In this document: one piece after another, positions 57,568-64,000 of the stretch
Position numbering within the stretch: the stretch's first letter is position 1
Layout of the letters: each line of letters starts with the position of its first letter
Virus genome (UHGV): UHGV-1380027
From: a virus
Length of the DNA stretch: 64,000 bases
Direction: 5' to 3' (one strand)
Program-made: the position numbers and the translations under genes
Notes under the pieces: generated by a model
The model's input: the letters and a program-made list of their open reading frames with translations, nothing else
The model's database searches: none
What the model was told of the DNA's origin: nothing

Positions 57568-58850
57568 TGCATCAGATCAAAACAACACTGTACGCACTGA
57601 ACAAAGATGGCAGCTACCAACAGTGGAAAGTATTCACGGATGGTGATAAGGTTATCGTAGAGTTTGGCAAGCTTGATGGTAAACTGCAATACAAAGAGAC
57701 GATCTGTACACCTAAGAACGTGGGCCGTGCCAATGAAACTACAGCTGAGCAACAGGCTGAGCTGGAAGCGATCAGTAAGTGGGAAAAACAAGTCCGTCTG
57801 GGGTATGTTGAAAATATGGAAGATTGCGAGCAGGGGGTTGACCTTTTACCCATGCTGGTGCATGACTACCTGAAGCGTGGAAAGGCACTTAAATTACCTT
57901 GCTGGATCTTGCGTAAGTTAGATGGCCTTCGTCTACTGGTTGTTTTCCAAAACGGTGAGCCTAAATTTATTTCCCGTGGTAATAAGTCCTACCCTATTCA
58001 AGGAAAGCTTCTGGAGCAACTTCGTTCTTTCCACTTCACCACCGGGATTAAACAGCTCGACGGAGAGATCTATATTCATGGTCTGCCTCTGCAGAAAATA
58101 GTGTCTCTTGCTAAACGTTGGCGCACACAGGAAGAGATTCAGGCCGAGATCGATAAAGACTACGAGGCAGATAAAAAACGCCGTCATGCCGCAATTAAGG
58201 CAGGCTTATCAACATACAAAAACTTCAATAAGGTAGATATTCCTGTTGATGTTGAGCCTGTTCGTGATGATTTGCGTTACGGAGGGTACTGTAGCTATGA
58301 CTTAGAGTATCATATTTTCGACATCCCTAGTGACAAGGTATGGTGGGATCCGGAAACAGAATCTGGACGATGCAAGGATCTTATGGATGCAGAAGATACC
58401 ATTACCACTCTGATGCTTGACCATATCAAGGTTGTTGACGCAGAGCTTGCGTACACAGTTGATCATTGCGAAGAATCTGTTGGTGTATTCATGTCCGAAG
58501 GATATGAAGGTACTATCATGCGTAACTTCTGTGGTAAATACGAATACGGTCAGCGAACATCTGAAGCATTGAAATGGAAAAAGTTCAACGATGCTGAGGT
58601 GAAAGTTATTGACGTTGAGAAAGATAAGAATGATGAAGGTGTTCTTATCTGTGTTGACAAGGAGGGTATCGTTGTTAAAATGAAGATGAAAGGTACGCAC
58701 GAGGAGCGTAGCTATGACAGGATGCAGGAAATGATCGGCAAGTTTGTCACCTTCAAATATCAAGCAAGGACAGAAGACAACAACTACCAATTCCCTGTCG
58801 GCATCTGCGTCCGAAATGTTAACCCGGACACTTGGGAGGTTCTGGAATGA
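57567..58850 (+). CDS. ATP-dependent DNA ligase
   Basis: 427 aa; motif I RKLDGLR (KxDG adenylation lysine) with downstream Gly-rich ligase-like blocks. Confidence 0.65.
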   Translation: MHQIKTTLYALNKDGSYQQWKVFTDGDKVIVEFGKLDGKLQYKETICTPKNVGRANETTAEQQAELEAISKWEKQVRLGYVENMEDCEQGVDLLPMLVHDYLKRGKALKLPCWILRKLDGLRLLVVFQNGEPKFISRGNKSYPIQGKLLEQLRSFHFTTGIKQLDGEIYIHGLPLQKIVSLAKRWRTQEEIQAEIDKDYEADKKRRHAAIKAGLSTYKNFNKVDIPVDVEPVRDDLRYGGYCSYDLEYHIFDIPSDKVWWDPETESGRCKDLMDAEDTITTLMLDHIKVVDAELAYTVDHCEESVGVFMSEGYEGTIMRNFCGKYEYGQRTSEALKWKKFNDAEVKVIDVEKDKNDEGVLICVDKEGIVVKMKMKGTHEERSYDRMQEMIGKFVTFKYQARTEDNNYQFPVGICVRNVNPDTWEVLE

Positions 58851-58975
58851 TGTAGGAAGGTTTAGTAGGTAACGGTAGCCAATTGAATGATGGTTTTTTC
58901 AATTGGCACCTGCATAACCACATTATGCAGTGTTGTTGATCGGGTTAGTTATGAGTAAATTGGAGAGTATGAAAA

Positions 58976-59446
58976 ATGAAACTTGATAAAAATGTTCAAC
59001 GAAAAGCTTTCTTGGATATGATCGCATATTCAGAAGGTACAGATAACGGTAGACAACCTACCAAGGATCGGGGCTATGATGTCATAGTCGGTGGCAAGCT
59101 GTTTAGCGATTACAGCAAGCATCCGGGTGTGTACGTTAAGCTAAATGCTAAACTTACCTCCTCTGCTGCGGGGCGCTACCAAGTTTTGGAGAAGTTTGCT
59201 AAACACTATATGAAACAGTTAGGATTACCAGATTTTGGCCCTGCCAGTCAGGATAAGATCGCACTACAATTGATCCGTGAGTGCAAGGCGCTCGATGATA
59301 TTGATGAAGGTCGTATTCATCAGGCCATCCATCTTTGCAGATCCCGATGGGCAAGCCTTCCTGGTGCAGGGTATGGTCAGCACGAACAGAAGATCGAAAA
59401 GTTGATCGAGGTGTTTAAAAAGTCAGGCGGTGTTGTCCTAGATTAA
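58976..59446 (+). CDS. endolysin, lambda R-type lytic transglycosylase
   Basis: 156 aa; near-colinear with lambda R as recalled: NVQRKAFLDMIAYSEGTDNGRQ, GYDVIVGG, AGRYQ, WASLPGAGYGQ; RBS GGAGAG. Confidence 0.85.
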   Translation: MKLDKNVQRKAFLDMIAYSEGTDNGRQPTKDRGYDVIVGGKLFSDYSKHPGVYVKLNAKLTSSAAGRYQVLEKFAKHYMKQLGLPDFGPASQDKIALQLIRECKALDDIDEGRIHQAIHLCRSRWASLPGAGYGQHEQKIEKLIEVFKKSGGVVLD

Positions 59447-59449
59447 TCA

Positions 59450-59478
59450 TTGACATGACCACATGGATGTGGTATTGT
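59450..59478 (+). promoter_or_regulatory. promoter candidate with embedded palindrome
   Basis: TTGACA (59450-59455), 17-bp spacer, TATTGT; spacer contains perfect inverted repeat ACCACAT-GG-ATGTGGT (59458-59473). Confidence 0.35.
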
Positions 59479-59509
59479 TACCCAGTAAAATGTTAAGGAG
59501 AGTTTAACC

Positions 59510-59716
59510 ATGAAAGATTTTCTGTTGGCAATTTTATTCATGGCAGCATGCTTTGCCTGTGGTGTCGTGTTTGCAGGTGAAACAGCGTATCTTGTAGATG
59601 TATATCGGGACAATGGTAAACGTATTTGCCTTTATGAAACAAGCCAAGGTGAGCTCTACGAGCTTGTGAAACAAGGCGAGGCTGGATCTTGTCCTCGGAC
59701 TCACTTCTTCGAATAA
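59510..59716 (+). CDS. small secreted/lipoprotein-like protein
   Basis: 68 aa; N-terminal hydrophobic segment with lipobox-like FMAAC; RBS AAGGAG; adjacent to endolysin; holin or o-spanin role not established. Confidence 0.35.
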   Translation: MKDFLLAILFMAACFACGVVFAGETAYLVDVYRDNGKRICLYETSQGELYELVKQGEAGSCPRTHFFE

Positions 59717-59726
59717 GGGTGGTAAT

Positions 59727-59945
59727 ATGGCTTTAGAAGGCACTGATTATATTCACGATTATCGTGGGAGTGCAGTGTATGTGGGAGATACTGTTGCAGT
59801 ATACTACGGTTATGGTTCCCTAGAAACAGCGAAGGTCATACAGATCAAGAATGACCGTGCTAAGCTTGAAGTTTATTACTCTAATGGCGAAAGATCGATT
59901 TCTAAGTGGAAAGATGGTTATTGTATGGTCAAATTGGAGGGCTGA
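59727..59945 (+). CDS. hypothetical protein
   Basis: 72 aa co-oriented ORF. Confidence 0.3.
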   Translation: MALEGTDYIHDYRGSAVYVGDTVAVYYGYGSLETAKVIQIKNDRAKLEVYYSNGERSISKWKDGYCMVKLEG

Positions 59946-60409
59946 TGGAAGACGGACGTTTAATGAAATCTGAACGCAGGCTTATTGTACAGCTGATCCC
60001 GGAGACAGCTTGGTATAATAATCTCCGAAACGCTGTGAAGAAGAGTGAGTGGGATAAGATCCGTAAGAAGTGCTACAGAGAAGCCAACTATACTTGTGAG
60101 GTGTGCGGCGGTAAAGGCAGCAAACATCCGGTGGAGTGTCATGAACTTTACACTTTCGAAGAGGGAGTGATCCGGCTTGTCGGACTGATAGCGTTGTGCC
60201 CAGATTGTCACACATCGGTGCATCCTGGGTTAGCAAATATCCGTGGAAAGTATGCTCAGGCAGTTAATCAGTTGGCTAAGGTGAATAAGATCACCAAGGG
60301 TATGGCAGAGGCGTATTACCGAGACTGCTTTGCAGAGTGGCGTGAGCTTAGTAAAGTTCCAGAATGGAAGACTGACTTTTCGTGGATAGAGGGTTACCTT
60401 GATGGCTAA
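59906..60409 (+). CDS. zinc-finger HNH-like protein
   Basis: 167 aa with CEVCGG ... HPVECHELY ... CPDCH, a C-x2-C/H/C-x2-C arrangement typical of HNH nucleases; 5' end overlaps the previous ORF so the true start may be internal. Confidence 0.35.
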   Translation: MERWLLYGQIGGLMEDGRLMKSERRLIVQLIPETAWYNNLRNAVKKSEWDKIRKKCYREANYTCEVCGGKGSKHPVECHELYTFEEGVIRLVGLIALCPDCHTSVHPGLANIRGKYAQAVNQLAKVNKITKGMAEAYYRDCFAEWRELSKVPEWKTDFSWIEGYLDG

Positions 60410-60692
60410 GAAACCTGTAAAAGAGAAATTCGATAAGACAGCTTTTGTATTTGATACGCCTCTGGACGACATTATCAGAGGCATGCAAGCACTGTATCGA
60501 AAGGCTGAATCTGAGCAGTTGTCTGAATCAGAACTTTACTGGCTTGGTTGGTGGGAGTTAAACCTGCCTAAAGCTGAAAGTTCTTGTCTGAGAACTGTTA
60601 AAACGTGCGCCCAAGAAAACGCCGCACTTGGAATCTACCACAAAAGGAAAAGATCAACAAAAAGCTCTCCAAGAAAGACTAAAAAGTCTTGA
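60399..60692 (+). CDS. hypothetical protein with basic tail
   Basis: 97 aa; C-terminus KRKRSTKSSPRKTKKS. Confidence 0.25.
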   Translation: MMAKKPVKEKFDKTAFVFDTPLDDIIRGMQALYRKAESEQLSESELYWLGWWELNLPKAESSCLRTVKTCAQENAALGIYHKRKRSTKSSPRKTKKS

Positions 60693-60718
60693 CAAAAGTG
60701 CTATTAATCTGATATTAT
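60689..60718 (+). promoter_or_regulatory. sigma70-like promoter with overlapping inverted repeat
   Basis: TTGACA (60689-60694), 18-bp spacer, TATTAT; CTGATA-TT-ATCAG palindrome overlaps the -10; RBS AGGAGA before ATG 60752. Confidence 0.45.
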
Positions 60719-60751
60719 CAGTCAGATATTTATAAACTAGGAGAACTAGAC

Positions 60752-61060
60752 ATGCTTAAAATTTTTATTGTTGAAGATAAAGATATTGTCCAGTTGTATG
60801 CAAACGAGAATCATAAAGGTATGATCCTGAAGAAGGCAAGCAACCTTCATGAAAACACCATTCAACCTGGCGATGTAATTAAGATCTGTGGCTATCTGAT
60901 ACCAGACTCCTTGATGAAAATAACCCACCACTGGGGGTCTAATCCGTTCCTTTTTGAAAAATATTGGGATGTTGAGTCGCTTATTGCAGAGAGTGATGAT
61001 GCATTCCATTACAGCATCCAACCATCTTGCAGAATAACTAACAGGAGGGTCTTTGAGTAG
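60752..61060 (+). CDS. hypothetical protein
   Basis: 102 aa with promoter and RBS immediately upstream. Confidence 0.35.
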   Translation: MLKIFIVEDKDIVQLYANENHKGMILKKASNLHENTIQPGDVIKICGYLIPDSLMKITHHWGSNPFLFEKYWDVESLIAESDDAFHYSIQPSCRITNRRVFE

Positions 61061-62192
61061 AGAATATCCGCTTATTGAGTCCATAGATTGTCTAGCTGAT
61101 CTTCTTGAACCTGACGCTATAGTTTATTATGACTTCGATCAGGTTGCATACCAAGCTGCAGCAAGTTGTGAAAAAAGGACAATTGAGGTAACACATAAAG
61201 CCTCCGGACGTAAGAAGGTGTTTAAAACACGAACAGAATTTTGGGGGAGGCAGAAGAACGCAGTTGGCGGTTGGTTAAAGGCTGAGAACACCAACCGTGA
61301 AGCTGCATGTAAAAAAGCTGGCAAGGAGTTTATTCCGTGGACACGCGAAGATTTTGATGTCTTGGATATCCAAACCCCTGATCCTGTAGAGAACTGCTTG
61401 CACACAATTAAGTGTAAAGCTAATGCAGTCCTTAACTATCTCGGTATTCCTGAAGATCGGTGCGTAGGGGTGCTTGGAGGAACAGGCAATTTCAGACTAG
61501 ATCTTCCCATGCCGGAACGATATAAAGCCAACCGTAACAATACTCTTCGACCACTGTTGCTCGAAGATGCAAGACAGTATCTACAAAAGCAATATAACGC
61601 TCAAGTGATCAACGGTATTGAAGCTGACGACTGGTTAGCTATCCAGCAATTTGAAGGTTGGAACCACTACCAGAAAACAGGAAAGTTCAACAAGTTTATT
61701 ATCTCTATAGATAAGGACCAGCGAACACTTCCTGGGCTTGTATTCGATCCGATGAGGAACGATAAAGGTGATTTTGTAAGAGAGACACCTATGCTCATTG
61801 ATAACGGTATGGGTAACATATTCATGAAACCAAACGGCGATGTTGGTGGGTATGGAATGTTGTTCTTCGGTTATCAAATGCTGTGTGGTGACTCGGCTGA
61901 CAATATTAAGCCTTACCAAGGGCTTATTGGTAAAGGAAAGTTTGGAGATGCATCTGCATTCTCCTTACTGTCTCAGTGCAGCACACCGAAAGAGATGTGG
62001 TTAGCAATTATTGATCAGTATAAAAAATGGTTTCCGAAAGGTGCCGTTAAGTATACTGATTTCAATGGTATCGACCGTAGGATTTCCGTAGGCCAGTGGA
62101 TGAGTATAATTTTTGACTGTTTGTATATGAAGCGAACATTCAATGATCAAACAAAACTTGTTAACGTTCTTAGAAATGTTGGAGCAATTTGA
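61053..62192 (+). CDS. 5'-3' exonuclease / flap endonuclease (T5 D15 / T4 RNase H family)
   Basis: GIEADDWLA (GxEADD), ISIDKDQRTL (cf. STDGDWDTL), CGDSADNIKP...GLIGKGKFG (cf. GDxGDNIxGVxGIG) in the order seen in T5-type 5' nucleases, as recalled. Confidence 0.6.
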   Translation: MSREYPLIESIDCLADLLEPDAIVYYDFDQVAYQAAASCEKRTIEVTHKASGRKKVFKTRTEFWGRQKNAVGGWLKAENTNREAACKKAGKEFIPWTREDFDVLDIQTPDPVENCLHTIKCKANAVLNYLGIPEDRCVGVLGGTGNFRLDLPMPERYKANRNNTLRPLLLEDARQYLQKQYNAQVINGIEADDWLAIQQFEGWNHYQKTGKFNKFIISIDKDQRTLPGLVFDPMRNDKGDFVRETPMLIDNGMGNIFMKPNGDVGGYGMLFFGYQMLCGDSADNIKPYQGLIGKGKFGDASAFSLLSQCSTPKEMWLAIIDQYKKWFPKGAVKYTDFNGIDRRISVGQWMSIIFDCLYMKRTFNDQTKLVNVLRNVGAI

Positions 62193-62515
62193 TGACTAAA
62201 AATTCTGTAGATAGTGCAATTATGGAAGCTGTTTTTGAGGATGATCATACAACAGGCACCATTAAAACAAAAAATACATTTATTGTTGCCACAGGTATGT
62301 GGCGATTGTATGAAGATGATACTATTGCATACATCTTGTACACTGATGATTACGCAGATGATCGTGTATGGTCTGCTGTTTTAAAAGAGGACTGTGAGCT
62401 GATCGAGGGCGAGCGGTTATGCATGTTTACCAGTGTGGAAACAGATGTTAAGCTTTGCTCCCTTGTGTTGTTCAAAGACAAAGCTTATGCCCCAGATGAA
62501 GAGGAAACAGCATGA
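62189..62515 (+). CDS. hypothetical protein
   Basis: 108 aa, translationally coupled to neighbours. Confidence 0.3.
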   Translation: MMTKNSVDSAIMEAVFEDDHTTGTIKTKNTFIVATGMWRLYEDDTIAYILYTDDYADDRVWSAVLKEDCELIEGERLCMFTSVETDVKLCSLVLFKDKAYAPDEEETA

Positions 62516-63141
62516 GAGAAAGACTGCTGTCTATAGACCAGTCTCTTACCCACACGGCCTGCGTTGTATGGGACGATGGTAGGCCTGTTCATAAGGTTGT
62601 GTTACGAACCCAAAGCTCGTCTGCAAAAGAGAAGAAACCAGGGACGGTTTCTTTTGCAACAGCTGCTGAGCGTATTGACTGGATCTGCAAACAGGTTAGA
62701 TATTATATCCACACGCACGGCGTTGACACCGTGGTTATGGAAGGGCTCTCCTTCGGATCGCGAGGAGATGCCACACGTGAACTGGCTGGGTTGTTTTACG
62801 GTCTTGAAGTTATGCTTTGGGATGCTTTAGCAGATTGTGAAAATGACGGCCTGTTTAAGGTTCACACAGTGACACCAACAACTGCCAAAAAGTTTGCTCG
62901 TAGCCATCTTCCTGAAGAACTTGCTTTTGAGGAGAAGAAAAAGCTTGACAAAAGGACAGGTAAGGAGCATACTGTGAAGAAACCTGTTACGATGGATAAA
63001 AAGTTGATGGTTAAGGCCTGCGAAGTATCTGAACCGGGGTTCCTAGATGGGATCAACTTGGTACAAGGTAAGGCCGATCTCGCAGATGCTTATTGGATAG
63101 GCAGGGCGCATCTGGAGGGATTATCGCAAAGCGTAAAATAA
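62512..63141 (+). CDS. RuvC-like Holliday junction resolvase
   Basis: N-terminal LSIDQSLTHTACVV (cf. RuvC GIDPG..TG), central VVMEG acidic residue, C-terminal KADLADAYWIGRAH (cf. RuvC D...D...H). Confidence 0.45.
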   Translation: MRERLLSIDQSLTHTACVVWDDGRPVHKVVLRTQSSSAKEKKPGTVSFATAAERIDWICKQVRYYIHTHGVDTVVMEGLSFGSRGDATRELAGLFYGLEVMLWDALADCENDGLFKVHTVTPTTAKKFARSHLPEELAFEEKKKLDKRTGKEHTVKKPVTMDKKLMVKACEVSEPGFLDGINLVQGKADLADAYWIGRAHLEGLSQSVK

Positions 63142-63698
63142 GAAAGAAAGCTGTCAAAGCCCCCGTTCATAGCGGGTGGCTAAAAGATTCTAAGGACATA
63201 GCTAACTTTCGGAAAGAATTGTCAGAAGAGCAGGATGGTCTTGATCCGATCTTGTGCGAACCACTTCGTAAGCCTTGTTTAGATCATGATCATCTGACTG
63301 GTCGTTGTAGGGGTGTTTTGTCCCAATGCACTAATACCTTTGAGGGGTATGTGCTTAAATACTGGATGAAATACTGTAACGAGTATACAGATTGCAGTTT
63401 ATCAGAGGCGTTGCGCCGGATGGCTGACTATCTGGAGAAAGACTACAGCGACTTCCCGCTCCACAAAAACTACAGGGACGATATGACAAAGTTCTTGAGG
63501 AGATGCTCTAAAGCTACGATTATTGCACGGGCAGAATCGGATCTAGATCTTGTCATTAATTCAGAGTATACCAAGCATGAGGCTATTGAGGCCTACATGC
63601 AGGAGTTTATAAAGAAAACTGAGGAGAGAGATTTCTATGGAGATGAAAAAGGTATTCAATCCTTGCGATTCAGTTCTGATCAGGATGAAATACCGTAA
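63093..63698 (+). CDS. endonuclease VII-like (T4 gp49-family) junction nuclease
   Basis: CEPLRKPCLDHDHLTGRCRGVLSQCTNTFEG matches the endonuclease VII zinc-binding/HNH-like core; 5' end overlaps the previous gene so the true start may be downstream. Confidence 0.6.
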   Translation: MDRQGASGGIIAKRKIRKKAVKAPVHSGWLKDSKDIANFRKELSEEQDGLDPILCEPLRKPCLDHDHLTGRCRGVLSQCTNTFEGYVLKYWMKYCNEYTDCSLSEALRRMADYLEKDYSDFPLHKNYRDDMTKFLRRCSKATIIARAESDLDLVINSEYTKHEAIEAYMQEFIKKTEERDFYGDEKGIQSLRFSSDQDEIP

Positions 63699-63858
63699 CT
63701 GGAAAGGTGTTGTTGCAGATCGCTGCGTTACTGAGCCTAGTTTATGGTTTGGCTCTACAGATTATCATAAAGAAGATCAGTGGTTGATGCATGCATTTGA
63801 TGTAGACAAGGGCGAATATCGTGACTTCGCTTTAAAAGACATTCTTCAGTTTTACTAA
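63637..63858 (+). CDS. hypothetical protein
   Basis: 73 aa ORF overlapping the 3' end of the endonuclease VII-like gene. Confidence 0.25.
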   Translation: MEMKKVFNPCDSVLIRMKYRNWKGVVADRCVTEPSLWFGSTDYHKEDQWLMHAFDVDKGEYRDFALKDILQFY

Positions 63859-63870
63859 GGAATCTTAACG

Positions 63871-64000
63871 ATGATGACAAAGTTAACTCTTGAGCAAATT
63901 TTAACACTAAAGCAACAGGGATACACTAATAGACAAATTGCTCGTGAATTTTTAGGTCGTGAGTCACGTGAGAGCTGGATCCGGCTACAGCTTAAACGTG
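63871..64000 (+). CDS. helix-turn-helix protein, 5' partial (runs off the window)
   Basis: ATG at 63871 after RBS AAGGAA; translated MMTKLTLEQILTLKQQGYTNRQIAREFLG contains an HTH-like segment; 3' end not in window. Confidence 0.3.
   Translation, partial: MMTKLTLEQILTLKQQGYTNRQIAREFLGRESRESWIRLQLKR

Noticed and set aside
1-64000. Lysogeny module (integrase, CI-like repressor, attP) or a plasmid/chromosomal context
   Set aside because: No tyrosine or serine recombinase motifs, no repressor/Cro pair and no host-like genes were seen; content is consistent with a lytic phage, although the window does not cover every gene

Overview
The window reads as most of a tailed dsDNA phage genome (likely virulent, Gram-negative host), with no integrase or repressor module seen. 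All family assignments rest on motifs and gene order read by eye; no database search or folding program was run. Layout: (1) 1-1.9 kb, end of a plus-strand block (HAD-like phosphatase, Zn-ribbon protein) closed by a bidirectional terminator; (2) 1.9-48.8 kb, one co-oriented minus-strand late module: large terminase, portal, protease, scaffold, decoration, major capsid, sheath-like and tube-like proteins, a chaperone pair with a -1 frameshift site, tape measure, baseplate proteins, several large tailspike/fiber proteins, a lambda J/K-like tip complex, and two paralogous fiber genes with a chaperone; a spanin pair abuts the terminase; (3) 49.2-50.15 kb, a minus-strand tRNA cluster (Pro, Met, Thr, Ser, Tyr, Arg, plus one atypical 99-nt tRNA-like gene); (4) 50.2-53.0 kb, small minus-strand genes and two GC-rich non-coding islands flanking an origin-like array of four phased palindromes beside an AT-rich tract; (5) 53.1-64 kb, a nucleic-acid repair and recombination module: split polynucleotide kinase and metallophosphoesterase diverging from RNA ligase-like, receiver-like, Sir2-like, MazG-like, DNA ligase, lambda R-type endolysin, FEN-type exonuclease, RuvC-like and endonuclease VII-like genes. 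The most notable candidates are the Sir2-containing RNA repair island, the lambda-type origin-like iteron array, the GC-rich putative ncRNA islands, and a mosaic adsorption apparatus.
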